Part shown: positions 56,244-64,000 of the stretch, piece after piece
How positions within the stretch are numbered: position 1 is the first letter of the stretch
How the letters are laid out: each line of letters opens with the position of its first letter
IMG/VR virus record: IMGVR_UViG_3300031993_006620
DNA length: 64,000 nucleotides
Source: a virus
Lineage: Duplodnaviria; Heunggongvirae; Uroviricota; Caudoviricetes
Direction: 5' to 3' (one strand)
Program-made: the position numbers and the translations under genes
Notes under the pieces: generated by a model
The model's database searches: none
Told to the model about the DNA's origin: nothing
Seen by the model: the letters and a program-made list of their open reading frames with translations, nothing else

Positions 56244-56654
56244 CTACCGTGCCGTGAACTCGTTCTGTGGTGTATTTTCAGACATAAGCTGGAACTCCAC
56301 AATGTAACGGTATTGCGGCTTTTTGACCACTGGGTCGTAAACTGGTACGAACGATGCACTGACCTTCATCCAGAACTTGCCTTGTCTGAACAGTCCACCG
56401 TTACAGGCGGCTTGGATACAGTCGAAGTCACGCTTGGCCGTTGCTTTCAGTCTGGCCCGGCGTGTTCCGGCGTATGCGAACGCTGACGGCTTCATGTCGA
56501 AGTGGAAGCATCCCAGTGACATCCCGTCGGCGAGACCGTCGAGTAAAGGCTTGGTAACCCATTTCTGAAGCAGCTGAGTGACGTCAGGATGCGTGGTGAC
56601 CACGTTGAGTACCTTCTGGGTAGCTCGGGAAATGCATGATGGTGTGTGCGCCAT
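56244..56654 (-). CDS. hypothetical protein (136 aa)
   Basis: Start MAHTPSC after a motif copy. Confidence 0.5.
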   Translation of the reverse strand: MAHTPSCISRATQKVLNVVTTHPDVTQLLQKWVTKPLLDGLADGMSLGCFHFDMKPSAFAYAGTRRARLKATAKRDFDCIQAACNGGLFRQGKFWMKVSASFVPVYDPVVKKPQYRYIVEFQLMSENTPQNEFTAR

Positions 56655-56704
56655 TGTTAACTCCTTGTTGGTATAGTGGTTATGGCAAACCAAGGGAAAC
56701 CCGG

Positions 56705-57124
56705 CTACTTCGAGCCAGTTTTCCCACGGTACGCTCCGTACAGAGCGGTTTCGGACAGACTGTAGCTGTCGTGGCCGGTACGAGGCGGATAGTAGTCAAG
56801 ACAGACTTCGGTGCCGCGCTGGCGAACCGTCCACCACTCCTTGCACTTCGCGCACTGGCAACTGGCCTCTATATAGGGGTCTTGGGGGAGTGCCTTGCCG
56901 CGCTCCCAATTGGTGGACATCACGGACATAGACACTTCGTTGGGGTCGGCCTTGCCTCCACAGTACGGACAAGTGTCGCCGTCCTGGATCGCCTTCAGAG
57001 CGATCGTGACGAGGTGGACCGGCTTGCCGAGATAGAAGCCGTCCTTGGCCACTGCCCAGCAGTTCTTATAGAAGCGGGGTATCGTCTTTCCAAACTGTTT
57101 GTTGATTTCCTTTGACCACAGCAT
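56705..57124 (-). CDS. hypothetical Zn-ribbon-like protein (139 aa)
   Basis: Motifs CPYC...CQCAKC; motif copy upstream. Confidence 0.5.
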   Translation of the reverse strand: MLWSKEINKQFGKTIPRFYKNCWAVAKDGFYLGKPVHLVTIALKAIQDGDTCPYCGGKADPNEVSMSVMSTNWERGKALPQDPYIEASCQCAKCKEWWTVRQRGTEVCLDYYPPRTGHDSYSLSETALYGAYRGKTGSK

Positions 57125-57188
57125 TCTTTAGTCTCCTTTGCGGTTGGTATAGTGGTTATAGGCATCCGGGGGAGCCCCGGTACCGTTG

Positions 57189-57461
57189 CTACAGGGTTTC
57201 GAGAAATTCGTCGAGGTACTCGGCGTAACCCTTTTTACCGGGCACCACGGCCTGTTCGGGCAACGTGCGGCACCCGCAGAAGTAGAAAGTGCGCCTGCCG
57301 AGCTTGTATTTGCGGGCCACGACCATCTGGTCCTTTTCGGGGGTGCGTTCCTCGGCGACGAACACCAGCTTCTTGTCGTGGGTACTGTTGTACTGGTCGA
57401 CCTGCTTGGTGATGCGGGCGACCCTTTTGTCAATTTCCTTATCTGACATTTTGTTTGCCAT
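57189..57461 (-). CDS. hypothetical protein (90 aa)
   Basis: Start MANKMSDK after AAGGAG and a motif copy. Confidence 0.5.
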   Translation of the reverse strand: MANKMSDKEIDKRVARITKQVDQYNSTHDKKLVFVAEERTPEKDQMVVARKYKLGRRTFYFCGCRTLPEQAVVPGKKGYAEYLDEFLETL

Positions 57462-57516
57462 GTCTGATCTCCTTGATTGGTACAGGATGGATGGGGCGCC
57501 GGAGGAGCCCCGGTCA

Positions 57517-57927
57517 TCATCGGCCAGTCGGCCTTCGCGGTTCGAGAGCTTCACGGCCAGCTCGGTTGAAGTCCAAGCAGATACTAGACACCATGTACAG
57601 CGGGGTCCTAGTAATCCTTCCGTCCGGCTCGCGCTCCGGTGGAAGGAGCTCACGGGTCGTGCTTATGTTGATATCGACGGCGTGCTTCCATCCAGAACCG
57701 TCGTTCACGACAACGACGCTCTGAAACGGGAACATGGGCGATCCGTTTATCTTGTACCCATAGCTCGGCATGAAGTGGGCCGGATAGGCGACCACTTCAC
57801 ACTTGGACTGGCGGTTGTACCACGCCGTACACACCTCCTGGATTCTCTTGTCCATTTCTTCGCCGGTCAGCTTTAAGGGATTCTTCGCGTCGGTGGCAAT
57901 AAGTTTTGCCTTCAATTCGTCTTTCAT
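57517..57927 (-). CDS. hypothetical protein (136 aa)
   Basis: Start MKDELKAK after a motif copy. Confidence 0.5.
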   Translation of the reverse strand: MKDELKAKLIATDAKNPLKLTGEEMDKRIQEVCTAWYNRQSKCEVVAYPAHFMPSYGYKINGSPMFPFQSVVVVNDGSGWKHAVDINISTTRELLPPEREPDGRITRTPLYMVSSICLDFNRAGREALEPRRPTGR

Positions 57928-57988
57928 GTTCGAACTCCTTTGGATGGTACAGAAGGAATGGGGCCCCAGAGGAGCCCCGGTCATCGGA

Positions 57989-58477
57989 CTAGACGTGATC
58001 CGCGTGGATAACTTTGAAACCGCGCCGGAGCATGTCGAGGATCGTATTGTAGCGGGCGCATTCGGAGCTTTGGGGGTCGCATCCGTGGACGGCTTCCGTG
58101 TAGAACTTGATGGCCGCCTCCGCGTTGTCGTAGTACTTCCCAAATCCACGGGTGATCACGGTGACCCGGTCCTTCTTCTTGGGCTTGCCGGTCGCCCCCG
58201 TCTTCACGAGCACGTACCCTGCGGGCAGCTTGACCTCGCGGACCTTGAAGCGGTGCGCCTGTCCGAGGATGGAGCAGCTCACTCTCCGGTCGTCACGGTC
58301 GACCTTGATATCGAACTTGCATCGGCTCGACCGCCCGTACTCCTGGGCTGCTACGTTGGCGCTGGCCAGCGCGAGCTGCTCGGTCGTGCAAGCCGTCCCG
58401 GCGATATCCGGGCTTTCGCTCAGGTCAGCCCCGTCGTCCCATTCGACGACGACGAAAAGTTTTTCAGATTTTGCCAT
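57989..58477 (-). CDS. hypothetical protein (162 aa)
   Basis: Motif copy upstream. Confidence 0.55.
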   Translation of the reverse strand: MAKSEKLFVVVEWDDGADLSESPDIAGTACTTEQLALASANVAAQEYGRSSRCKFDIKVDRDDRRVSCSILGQAHRFKVREVKLPAGYVLVKTGATGKPKKKDRVTVITRGFGKYYDNAEAAIKFYTEAVHGCDPQSSECARYNTILDMLRRGFKVIHADHV

Positions 58478-58534
58478 GTGTTCTCCTTTGGTTGGTACAG
58501 AAAAAATGGGGGTTCCGAGGAGCCCCGGCCTGTA

Positions 58535-58960
58535 CTAGAACGTGGTCTCGGACACTACCGCCCGTTTCTTCATGCCTGCGTACTGGATGGTCAGGTTGTC
58601 GCGCACCTTCTCGGACATGGTGACGACGCCCGGATGCTCGGGGTCCTGCACGAGGTACACCTTCAGGTCGACGTTCTGCGTGTCAAGAGCCGTCCTGTAC
58701 TCGCCCCTGCTCGTCTTCAGGTAGAAGTCGGTGTGGTTGGCGTGGCGGATGGCCTTGCGCACGGCGGCCTCGTACGTGTCCTTGTCGTTGTACGGGGTCC
58801 CGTCGATGGACGCCTCGACGAACTTCTCCAGCGTCGCGTCCCCCTCTCCGAGGTGACCGCTGGCCAGAACCGCGCACGCGTTGCGGGCGTCGCGCCCCTT
58901 GGTGCGGACTACGCACTCGAGCTTCCCGTTCTTGTTTCCGATTGCCGTGTAGAATTTCAT
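58535..58960 (-). CDS. hypothetical protein (141 aa)
   Basis: Motif copy upstream. Confidence 0.55.
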   Translation of the reverse strand: MKFYTAIGNKNGKLECVVRTKGRDARNACAVLASGHLGEGDATLEKFVEASIDGTPYNDKDTYEAAVRKAIRHANHTDFYLKTSRGEYRTALDTQNVDLKVYLVQDPEHPGVVTMSEKVRDNLTIQYAGMKKRAVVSETTF

Positions 58961-59023
58961 TCCGTATCTCCTTTGGTTGGTATAGAAGAAATGGGCTCCC
59001 GGAGGAGCCCCGGCGCGTCGCGG

Positions 59024-59785
59024 CTATTTCTTCTTCGCCTTATGGATCGATACCACGTGCTCAAGGAGCTCAATGGCCGTCTTCTGGCCCAGCTGGAAAA
59101 ACCTGTGCTCTTCGAAGCCTATGGTGAACCGGATGGCGTCGCGGTTCCTGCGGCAGAGGCTGAGCAACGCCTTTGCCCTCTCCAGCGTCATGCCGTAGGA
59201 CATCGGCATATAGGATGCGCCTGCCTGCACCGCGTCGCGTCGTATGCTGGAAACAAATTTTGTATCCGCGTCCACGAAGTCGGTCAGCTTGGCCAGCGTG
59301 GAACGGGTTATGCCGGTCTTGTTCACGAAGACGACGGACCTGGCCTGCCCGTGTACAAAATCTTGCTCGTACTTGGTAAGACGGGGGAAATCGTAGTACA
59401 GGGTGTTCTCGTAGCGCAGCCACACGAACTGCCCTTCGTTGAGCGGCTTGATCTTCTTGTTAGGCGTCTTCTGTTTCAGCCGCTCAGTCGAGACCTCTAT
59501 GTTACTGTCGAGGCTCTTGACGGGGTTGATACACTCCTTGACTTCGTCCTCGGGGACAATGAACACCGCCTTGACGAAACCCTCCTCGCCGTCGTGGTCG
59601 CCGCGGTCATTGACGACCATATCGAACAGGACGGATTGGCCGTTGTACTTGTGGCGGAGATTGTTCTGGATCTCGTGGATTCGGTCGTATATCCGGTTGG
59701 ACAGATGTTCAAACCAGTCCGAGTAGTAGCCATTGAGGGTGAATCGCCTGTACGTGATCTCGACCATCTGAATAAGTCGTTTCAT
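59024..59785 (-). CDS. hypothetical protein (253 aa)
   Basis: Motif copy upstream. Confidence 0.55.
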   Translation of the reverse strand: MKRLIQMVEITYRRFTLNGYYSDWFEHLSNRIYDRIHEIQNNLRHKYNGQSVLFDMVVNDRGDHDGEEGFVKAVFIVPEDEVKECINPVKSLDSNIEVSTERLKQKTPNKKIKPLNEGQFVWLRYENTLYYDFPRLTKYEQDFVHGQARSVVFVNKTGITRSTLAKLTDFVDADTKFVSSIRRDAVQAGASYMPMSYGMTLERAKALLSLCRRNRDAIRFTIGFEEHRFFQLGQKTAIELLEHVVSIHKAKKK

Positions 59786-59837
59786 TTTAGCCTCCGTTGG
59801 TTGGTACAGGAAAAATGGGCTCCCGGAGGAGCCCCGG

Positions 59838-60134
59838 TCAGAACTGGAACTTCTTGGGCTTGCGCCTGCGGTTTCCGATCTCTGCGACGAAAATTGTCCG
59901 GCCGGCCAGTTTCCTCGGCAGTCGCTCGTTCATATCCTCGTAGAACTGAGAATCGCTGCGCCCGAAGATGCTGGCGACTTGGAACGCCCCGCTCCCGTAG
60001 TCCACGACGTAGGAGCAGTCCTCGGGCCGGTTCGATCGATCGCGCTCGGCGCAGAAGAAGCTGGCGATTGCCGACACGGCGGCGTGTCGCGCCGAGGATA
60101 GTGTGGTGGTACTGCCCTTGAAGTAGTCTTTCAT
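59838..60134 (-). CDS. hypothetical protein (98 aa)
   Basis: Start MKDYFKG after an AAAGGTGG RBS. Confidence 0.5.
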   Translation of the reverse strand: MKDYFKGSTTTLSSARHAAVSAIASFFCAERDRSNRPEDCSYVVDYGSGAFQVASIFGRSDSQFYEDMNERLPRKLAGRTIFVAEIGNRRRKPKKFQF

Positions 60135-60379
60135 TTCGACACCACCTTTCCCGCCTCGCTGAGGGTCTTTCCGCCGGCCGCACGGGCCTCGTCGGTCTTC
60201 GCCACGAGCTTGCGGGCGCTCGCCTCGGCGTACTCCACCACAGCGTCGACGGCCATAGTGGCCACGTCGGACGCCATGGACTTTCCCGCGTCCTTCACCG
60301 TCTTCTGTGTGCTCGGCGTGGACAGGAAAAACAGGATAGCGAAGATGACCACGATCACCGCGCATAAGAATCTGAACAT
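60131..60379 (-). CDS. small membrane protein (82 aa)
   Basis: N-terminal TM helix; motif copy upstream; ATGA coupling. Confidence 0.5.
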   Translation of the reverse strand: MFRFLCAVIVVIFAILFFLSTPSTQKTVKDAGKSMASDVATMAVDAVVEYAEASARKLVAKTDEARAAGGKTLSEAGKVVSK

Positions 60380-60642
60380 TTTGTGCCTCCTTGGTTGGTA
60401 CAGGACGGATGGGACTCCGGAGGAGCCCCGGCCGGCTTACGGGATCCGCCTGCTTTCAGGCGGTCGAAAATGGCTTTCCTCTCGGCGAGCACCTGGGCCT
60501 CGGTCTTCTCCGAGGGTACTATCTCGTACTCGTTGTTGAGCAGCTCGTAGTTGCACTCGGCGGCCTCCTCGAAAGAGAGGAAATCGGCCATCCCGAACAG
60601 GTCCGTGTAGGTCTTCTCGCCCTTCTTCAGAACGTACGGCAT
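60355..60642 (-). CDS. hypothetical protein (95 aa)
   Basis: Start MPYVLKK. The C-terminal about 30 aa read through the motif, so the tail is uncertain. Confidence 0.4.
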   Translation of the reverse strand: MPYVLKKGEKTYTDLFGMADFLSFEEAAECNYELLNNEYEIVPSEKTEAQVLAERKAIFDRLKAGGSRKPAGAPPESHPSCTNQGGTKCSDSYAR

Positions 60643-60662
60643 GTTGAACCCCTGTTGATAAA

Positions 60663-60713
60663 TTGTAAATAAAAAGTTTACAAAATATGGGCAGTCCGTT
60701 GACGTCCTGCCCA
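60663..60713 (-). promoter_or_regulatory. transcription-unit boundary: terminator-like hairpin (TGGGCAG..CTGCCCA plus T-run) followed by AT-rich palindrome TTGTAAA-N7-TTTACAA
   Basis: One of the few AT-rich intergenic regions lacking the GC motif. A sigma70-like TTGTAA-N17-TATCAA is possible. Confidence 0.3.
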
Positions 60714-60735
60714 CATCCTGTGGAAACGCTGTCGA

Positions 60736-61152
60736 CTAGTTGCGGCGGGCCATCACGTCGAACAGGGACTTGACGGACTCCTCGAGCCGGTCGTAGCTGC
60801 ACCAGTTGTTGCTACCGCCCCTGCAGTCGTTCACGTCGTCGGCCGTGCGGTACAGCACGCGACCGTACCAGTCGTTCCAGCGCACGTCGTCGATCCTCGC
60901 GTAGATGAAGCGGCCGTCCTTCTTGAACATGCAGCTGAACTCGAAGGTGTTGTTGCTGAAGCTGGCGAGCTTCGCGCCGATGTTCTTGGCGAGTTTCCTC
61001 ATCTCCCGTCTGGCGATGGGGATGAAGTAACCCTTGGCGAACCGCTGGTAGCCCACCTCCCCCTGGAACTTCTCGGGGACGTAGTTGTTCTCGAAGTCGT
61101 AGTTCCTGAAAGCGGCTACGCTCTTCTCCTTGGGGATTTCGCAGGTCTTCAT
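60736..61152 (-). CDS. hypothetical protein (138 aa)
   Basis: Start MKTCEIPK after a motif copy. Confidence 0.55.
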   Translation of the reverse strand: MKTCEIPKEKSVAAFRNYDFENNYVPEKFQGEVGYQRFAKGYFIPIARREMRKLAKNIGAKLASFSNNTFEFSCMFKKDGRFIYARIDDVRWNDWYGRVLYRTADDVNDCRGGSNNWCSYDRLEESVKSLFDVMARRN

Positions 61153-61216
61153 GTTGCCTCCTTGGTTGGTACAGGGAGTATGGGACCCCGGAGGAACCCC
61201 GGAGCCCAGGCGGGAT

Positions 61217-61819
61217 CTACGGGGCCGAGGTGATGATCGTCTGGTCCGGCACGCCGGTCTTGTCGTGTTGCCTGTCGATGAGAAGCTCAATCCCGTCCAG
61301 GTTCAGCTTCTCCTTGCGGCAGCTGTTGACGAAGTCGTCGACGGAGCCGCCCTTTCTGAGCACCCAGTTTTCCTTCTTTTTCTTGAAGTCCGCCTCGATA
61401 TTGTCGATTTCGGCCTTGCGCCCCGCGTCGAGCTTGTCGTACTCGTCGGCACGGCGTTTCGCCATCTTCTCGGCCTCGGCCTGCACCTCGGCATACTCGG
61501 CGGAGCGCAGCCCGTAGTTCGACAGGGTGTCCCGCAGGCGGTCGTGGAAGACCATGTCCTCGGCGTTCAGCTTGCGGTCCAGCTCGGCTCTCTTCTCCGC
61601 CCAGCGGCGCTCTGCCTCGGCGATGGCCTCCTTTTCCATCTTCTTGACCTCGTCATACTTCTTGCGGAACACCGCGCAGCCGACGTGGCTTTCGAGGAAC
61701 TTGACGAGCGTGTATTTGATGGCGTCCCACGCCTGGTGGGCGAAGGCATACGCCTCGGCACGGAGGACGGCGTCTGCCCAGTCGGTCGGGTAGGTCTGGC
61801 GGATTATTAATTGGAACAT
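61217..61819 (-). CDS. hypothetical charged/coiled-coil protein (200 aa)
   Basis: Motif copy upstream. Confidence 0.55.
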   Translation of the reverse strand: MFQLIIRQTYPTDWADAVLRAEAYAFAHQAWDAIKYTLVKFLESHVGCAVFRKKYDEVKKMEKEAIAEAERRWAEKRAELDRKLNAEDMVFHDRLRDTLSNYGLRSAEYAEVQAEAEKMAKRRADEYDKLDAGRKAEIDNIEADFKKKKENWVLRKGGSVDDFVNSCRKEKLNLDGIELLIDRQHDKTGVPDQTIITSAP

Positions 61820-61877
61820 TTTTTAACTCCTTGTGGTTGGTACAGGGAGGATGGGCCCCTCGAGGAGGCCCGGACGA

Positions 61878-62210
61878 TTACTGGGCGTAGGCGACGGCGA
61901 ACTGCTTGCCGATCTTGGCGATGTCGCCGACCTTGCACCAGATGTCCGCGTGGCCGTCCGTGGGAAGGAGCTGCACGGAGCCGGTGCGCACCCTTTTCGT
62001 GCGGTTGCCGACCATGTCGACCCAGTTGACGGTGTAGGCGATGTTTTGCCCCGCCACGCGGAGCCTGACCCTGACCTTCTCGACCTTCAGGCCCGCCTTC
62101 TTTTTCTGCACGTCGAACGTGCGCTCGTAAGTGTTCTTCTTTCCGGCGACAGCGGCGAAGTTTTCGATCTTCAGCACCGAGTCGAGCGTTTCCTTGAAAG
62201 ATTGGCCCAT
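61878..62210 (-). CDS. hypothetical protein (110 aa)
   Basis: GGGAGGTAGCCC RBS. A degenerate motif (TTGGTTGGTTTCAGGATGCGGG with no GC hairpin) lies upstream. Confidence 0.55.
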   Translation of the reverse strand: MGQSFKETLDSVLKIENFAAVAGKKNTYERTFDVQKKKAGLKVEKVRVRLRVAGQNIAYTVNWVDMVGNRTKRVRTGSVQLLPTDGHADIWCKVGDIAKIGKQFAVAYAQ

Positions 62211-62282
62211 GGGCTACCTCCCTGATATGCGTTTCTTGGTTGGTTTCAGGATGCGGGTGGAATTCTTGGACAAGCTGGCCTC

Positions 62283-62564
62283 CTAGGCGAACGTGGCTGT
62301 GGCGACCTCGGCCGCCGTGAGGGTGAACATGGTGTCGTCGTCCCCGCTGCTGTTGCGGAAGGTGACGGAGCCGTCTTCGTTCACGGACTCGACGAAGCAC
62401 GTCTCGCCGTCCATGCAGGCCACTCCGAGCTTGCTGTGGAGGTCGAAGTAGTTCCCCTTGTGGGTAATCTCGTGACCCAGTGCCGTCTTCGCGGGCCTGT
62501 CGCTGATGCTGTTGTACAAAGCTTGTACGCTGATGGTTGCCGGGTCGCCTGTCTTTAGGGGCAT
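62283..62564 (-). CDS. hypothetical protein (93 aa)
   Basis: Start MPLKTGD after an AAAGGA RBS; expanded motif copy upstream. Confidence 0.5.
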   Translation of the reverse strand: MPLKTGDPATISVQALYNSISDRPAKTALGHEITHKGNYFDLHSKLGVACMDGETCFVESVNEDGSVTFRNSSGDDDTMFTLTAAEVATATFA

Positions 62565-62664
62565 TTTAAATCCTTTGTCGTGGTTGGTTATACTGTTAAA
62601 TGTAAGTTTTTTAGGTCGCCCTGTCAAGGGCACCCGATTGATCCCGAGCCGGGGGAGCCCCGGC

Positions 62665-63234
62665 TCATTCGTTGGAGTTGCAGGCGTCGAGCCCGTGGTT
62701 CTTGAAGAATTCCTTCCAGTTTTCCTCGGAAGCGCCGGTTTCGGGGACCTGCTTGAGATATTCGACCATGAGCTCCTTTATCTCGTCGACGGATAGAAGT
62801 TTCTTCGTGCTCGCGGTCCAGAAAAAGTCGTCGACGGAGTCCATGTGGAAGAACGTGCCGGCGTACCTGGGTTCGGTCCAGACCTTTCCGAAGAAACGCC
62901 CGACGGGTCTGTCGTAGAAGTCAATCCTAGCGTCCTCGCACAGGGGGACGTCCACCGACGACATCATTGTGACGCTTTCATTCGATTCCTTCACGTAGAC
63001 GTCGGCGTGGACATATTCGACCTGGAGGTGATCGATCAGGTCGATAGCGGTGTCGTATTCGTCCTTCAATCGACATTGTACCATCCTGAACTTTCCGCAC
63101 TCGATGGCGTTGACGCCGCCGCGAATCTCCGTGGACATCTTGGTCATGATTTCGTTGTCCTGCTGCTTCGTGAAGTTGGCAACTTCGATGAGGAATGTCC
63201 CCTCGCCGCTGTCGCCGGTAATTAGCTTAATCAT
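62665..63234 (-). CDS. hypothetical protein (189 aa)
   Basis: Motif copy upstream. Confidence 0.55.
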   Translation of the reverse strand: MIKLITGDSGEGTFLIEVANFTKQQDNEIMTKMSTEIRGGVNAIECGKFRMVQCRLKDEYDTAIDLIDHLQVEYVHADVYVKESNESVTMMSSVDVPLCEDARIDFYDRPVGRFFGKVWTEPRYAGTFFHMDSVDDFFWTASTKKLLSVDEIKELMVEYLKQVPETGASEENWKEFFKNHGLDACNSNE

Positions 63235-63295
63235 TGGAAATTCTCCTGTTGTGGTTGGCTTCGTCTACCCGGATGCATGGTCGAGGGAGCCCCGG

Positions 63296-63685
63296 TTACA
63301 GGCAGGACTCGAGGATGAGCGACTTGCAGTGGTAATCCTTGTCGGCGAAATATCCGGCGTTGTAGGATAGGTTGCGGTTGGTGTAGTATATGAGCAGGCA
63401 CACGTGGTTCTTGTTGTCGGTGCCGTACAGCGGTTTCAGCTTCTCGAGGAACTGGTCGACGTCCTCCGGCTTCGTGACCTCGGCGTTCGCCATTCCTTCG
63501 TAGCCGTTGACGACGCTGATGGCGACCGGTTCGTCCTTCTCCTTGCACTCTCTGAATACCTTCTTCATGCGGGCACCCAGGTCGTCGAACGCCTCGTCGA
63601 ACGTAGATGAACGGTTGGTGAGACGTTCCCAGCGCTTCCCGTCGATAAATTCAGACAGAGTTACCAGTGATGTCCTGAATGCCAT
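63296..63685 (-). CDS. hypothetical protein (129 aa)
   Basis: Motif copy upstream. Confidence 0.55.
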   Translation of the reverse strand: MAFRTSLVTLSEFIDGKRWERLTNRSSTFDEAFDDLGARMKKVFRECKEKDEPVAISVVNGYEGMANAEVTKPEDVDQFLEKLKPLYGTDNKNHVCLLIYYTNRNLSYNAGYFADKDYHCKSLILESCL

Positions 63686-63748
63686 ATTGCCTCCTTTGTT
63701 GATATAGAAAAAATAGGGCTCCGGAGGAGCCCCGGCCGGCCAGCAGGC

Positions 63749-63973
63749 CTACTTGACTTCGTTGAACTTGTCGAGGACTGCCTTTTCGATTACCGCCCTG
63801 AGCTCGGACGTGGTGGGGACGCACACGTAGCGGTTTTCTTCGCCCTTGAAGAACGGGTCGCACGGATAGCCTACGAAAAGGCCGTTGATGCCGTCATAAA
63901 CACGCAGGCCGCGGATTTGCAGCTGGTCGTTGAGCACGACGCTGGCCATCGCCTTGATTTTGCCGAGGGACAT
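63749..63973 (-). CDS. SpoVG-like protein (74 aa)
   Basis: ATG after an AAGGGGGG RBS. Sequence IKAMASVVLNDQLQIRGLRVYDGINGLFVGYP parallels the SpoVG core (MRAIASITLD..IRVIDGNNGLFVAMP). The upstream region continues beyond the window. Confidence 0.5.
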   Translation of the reverse strand: MSLGKIKAMASVVLNDQLQIRGLRVYDGINGLFVGYPCDPFFKGEENRYVCVPTTSELRAVIEKAVLDKFNEVK

Positions 63974-64000
63974 TCCCCCCTTGAACGGGAACACTTCCAC

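Larger units (their letters stand above)
12396..63735 (-). repeat. family of about 55 co-oriented copies of a conserved 45-55 nt element, GC stem-loop plus a downstream box ending in the RBS
   Basis: Plus-strand consensus TTGGTTGGTACAGG(R)..ATGGG..CCGGAGGAGCCCCGG. Hairpin core starts at about 12396, 14458, 15211, 17618, 18538, 19491, 21741, 22380, 22933, 24342, 27038, 29142, 31544, 32757, 33562, 34657, 36041, 36651, 36936, 38274, 40118, 41057, 41422, 42335, 42793, 43495, 44321, 44902, 45563, 46532, 48073, 48812, 49535, 50608, 51021, 52111, 53179, 53961, 54504, 54823, 55572, 56205, 56694, 57165, 57493, 57960, 58507, 58993, 59816, 60411, 61182, 61853, 62649, 63282, 63717. Confidence 0.8.

Noticed and set aside
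12396-63735. Hairpin element interpreted as integron attC sites / gene-cassette array
   Set aside because: No R''/R' (RYYYAAC/GTTRRRY) cores, the element is too short and only a simple GC stem, the conserved box is fused to the RBS, and no integron integrase is present. Operons with ATGA couplings argue against independent cassettes.
12396-63735. Hairpin element interpreted as rho-independent terminators between every gene
   Set aside because: No U-tract follows the stem in gene orientation. Genuine terminators with U-tracts exist separately at 11172-11204, 12411-12448 and 51087-51154.

Overview
This window looks like one contiguous, gene-dense accessory or phage-like element; no recognisable capsid, terminase or replication genes are present. 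The backbone is about 60% GC with standard-code stops and AGGAG-type RBSs. The first 8.2 kb is a plus-strand block, and everything from 8.3 kb to the window end is minus-strand. The plus-strand block contains a perfect 2 x 1582-bp tandem duplication that leaves a truncated chimeric gene copy. Recognisable genes include a vWA-domain protein, an MFS transporter, an FtsK/SpoIIIE-like ATPase and a complete tmRNA (ssrA) with its own promoter and terminator. Also recognisable are an RNase Z-like metallo-beta-lactamase, an IS200/IS605-type TnpB element, an SPFH lipoprotein, an HD-domain protein, a C5-cytosine DNA methyltransferase and a SpoVG-like protein; most other genes are small hypothetical ORFs. 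Two features stand out. First, at 24.4-31.5 kb there is a compact minus-strand CRISPR-Cas locus: a 17-repeat array (28-nt repeat, 16 spacers), an AT-rich leader, Cas1, a Cas6e/f-like nuclease, two unassigned ~330-aa proteins (putative Cas5/Cas7) and an HD+helicase Cas3. It has no Cas2 and no large subunit, which makes it a type I-F-variant-like minimal system on a mobile-looking backbone. Second, a conserved regulatory element of about 45-55 nt occurs about 55 times. It is a GC stem-loop (CCGGGGCTCC..GGAGCCCCGG) followed by a CCCAT..CT(G/A)TACCAACCAAGGAG box that runs into the RBS. All copies are co-oriented with the minus-strand genes from 12.4 kb to the window end, including copies inside the cas operon. 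In addition, five near-identical consensus sigma70-like promoters (TTGACA-N17-TATATT) are scattered through the window. Other oddities are a gene with an in-frame TGA next to an A AAA AAG tract, several lower-GC cargo modules (cas, TnpB, HTH module, duplicated region), candidate structured RNAs, and terminator/direct-repeat boundaries. CDS coordinates for minus-strand genes take their stop coordinate from the ORF track, with start codons adjusted by RBS and motif context.
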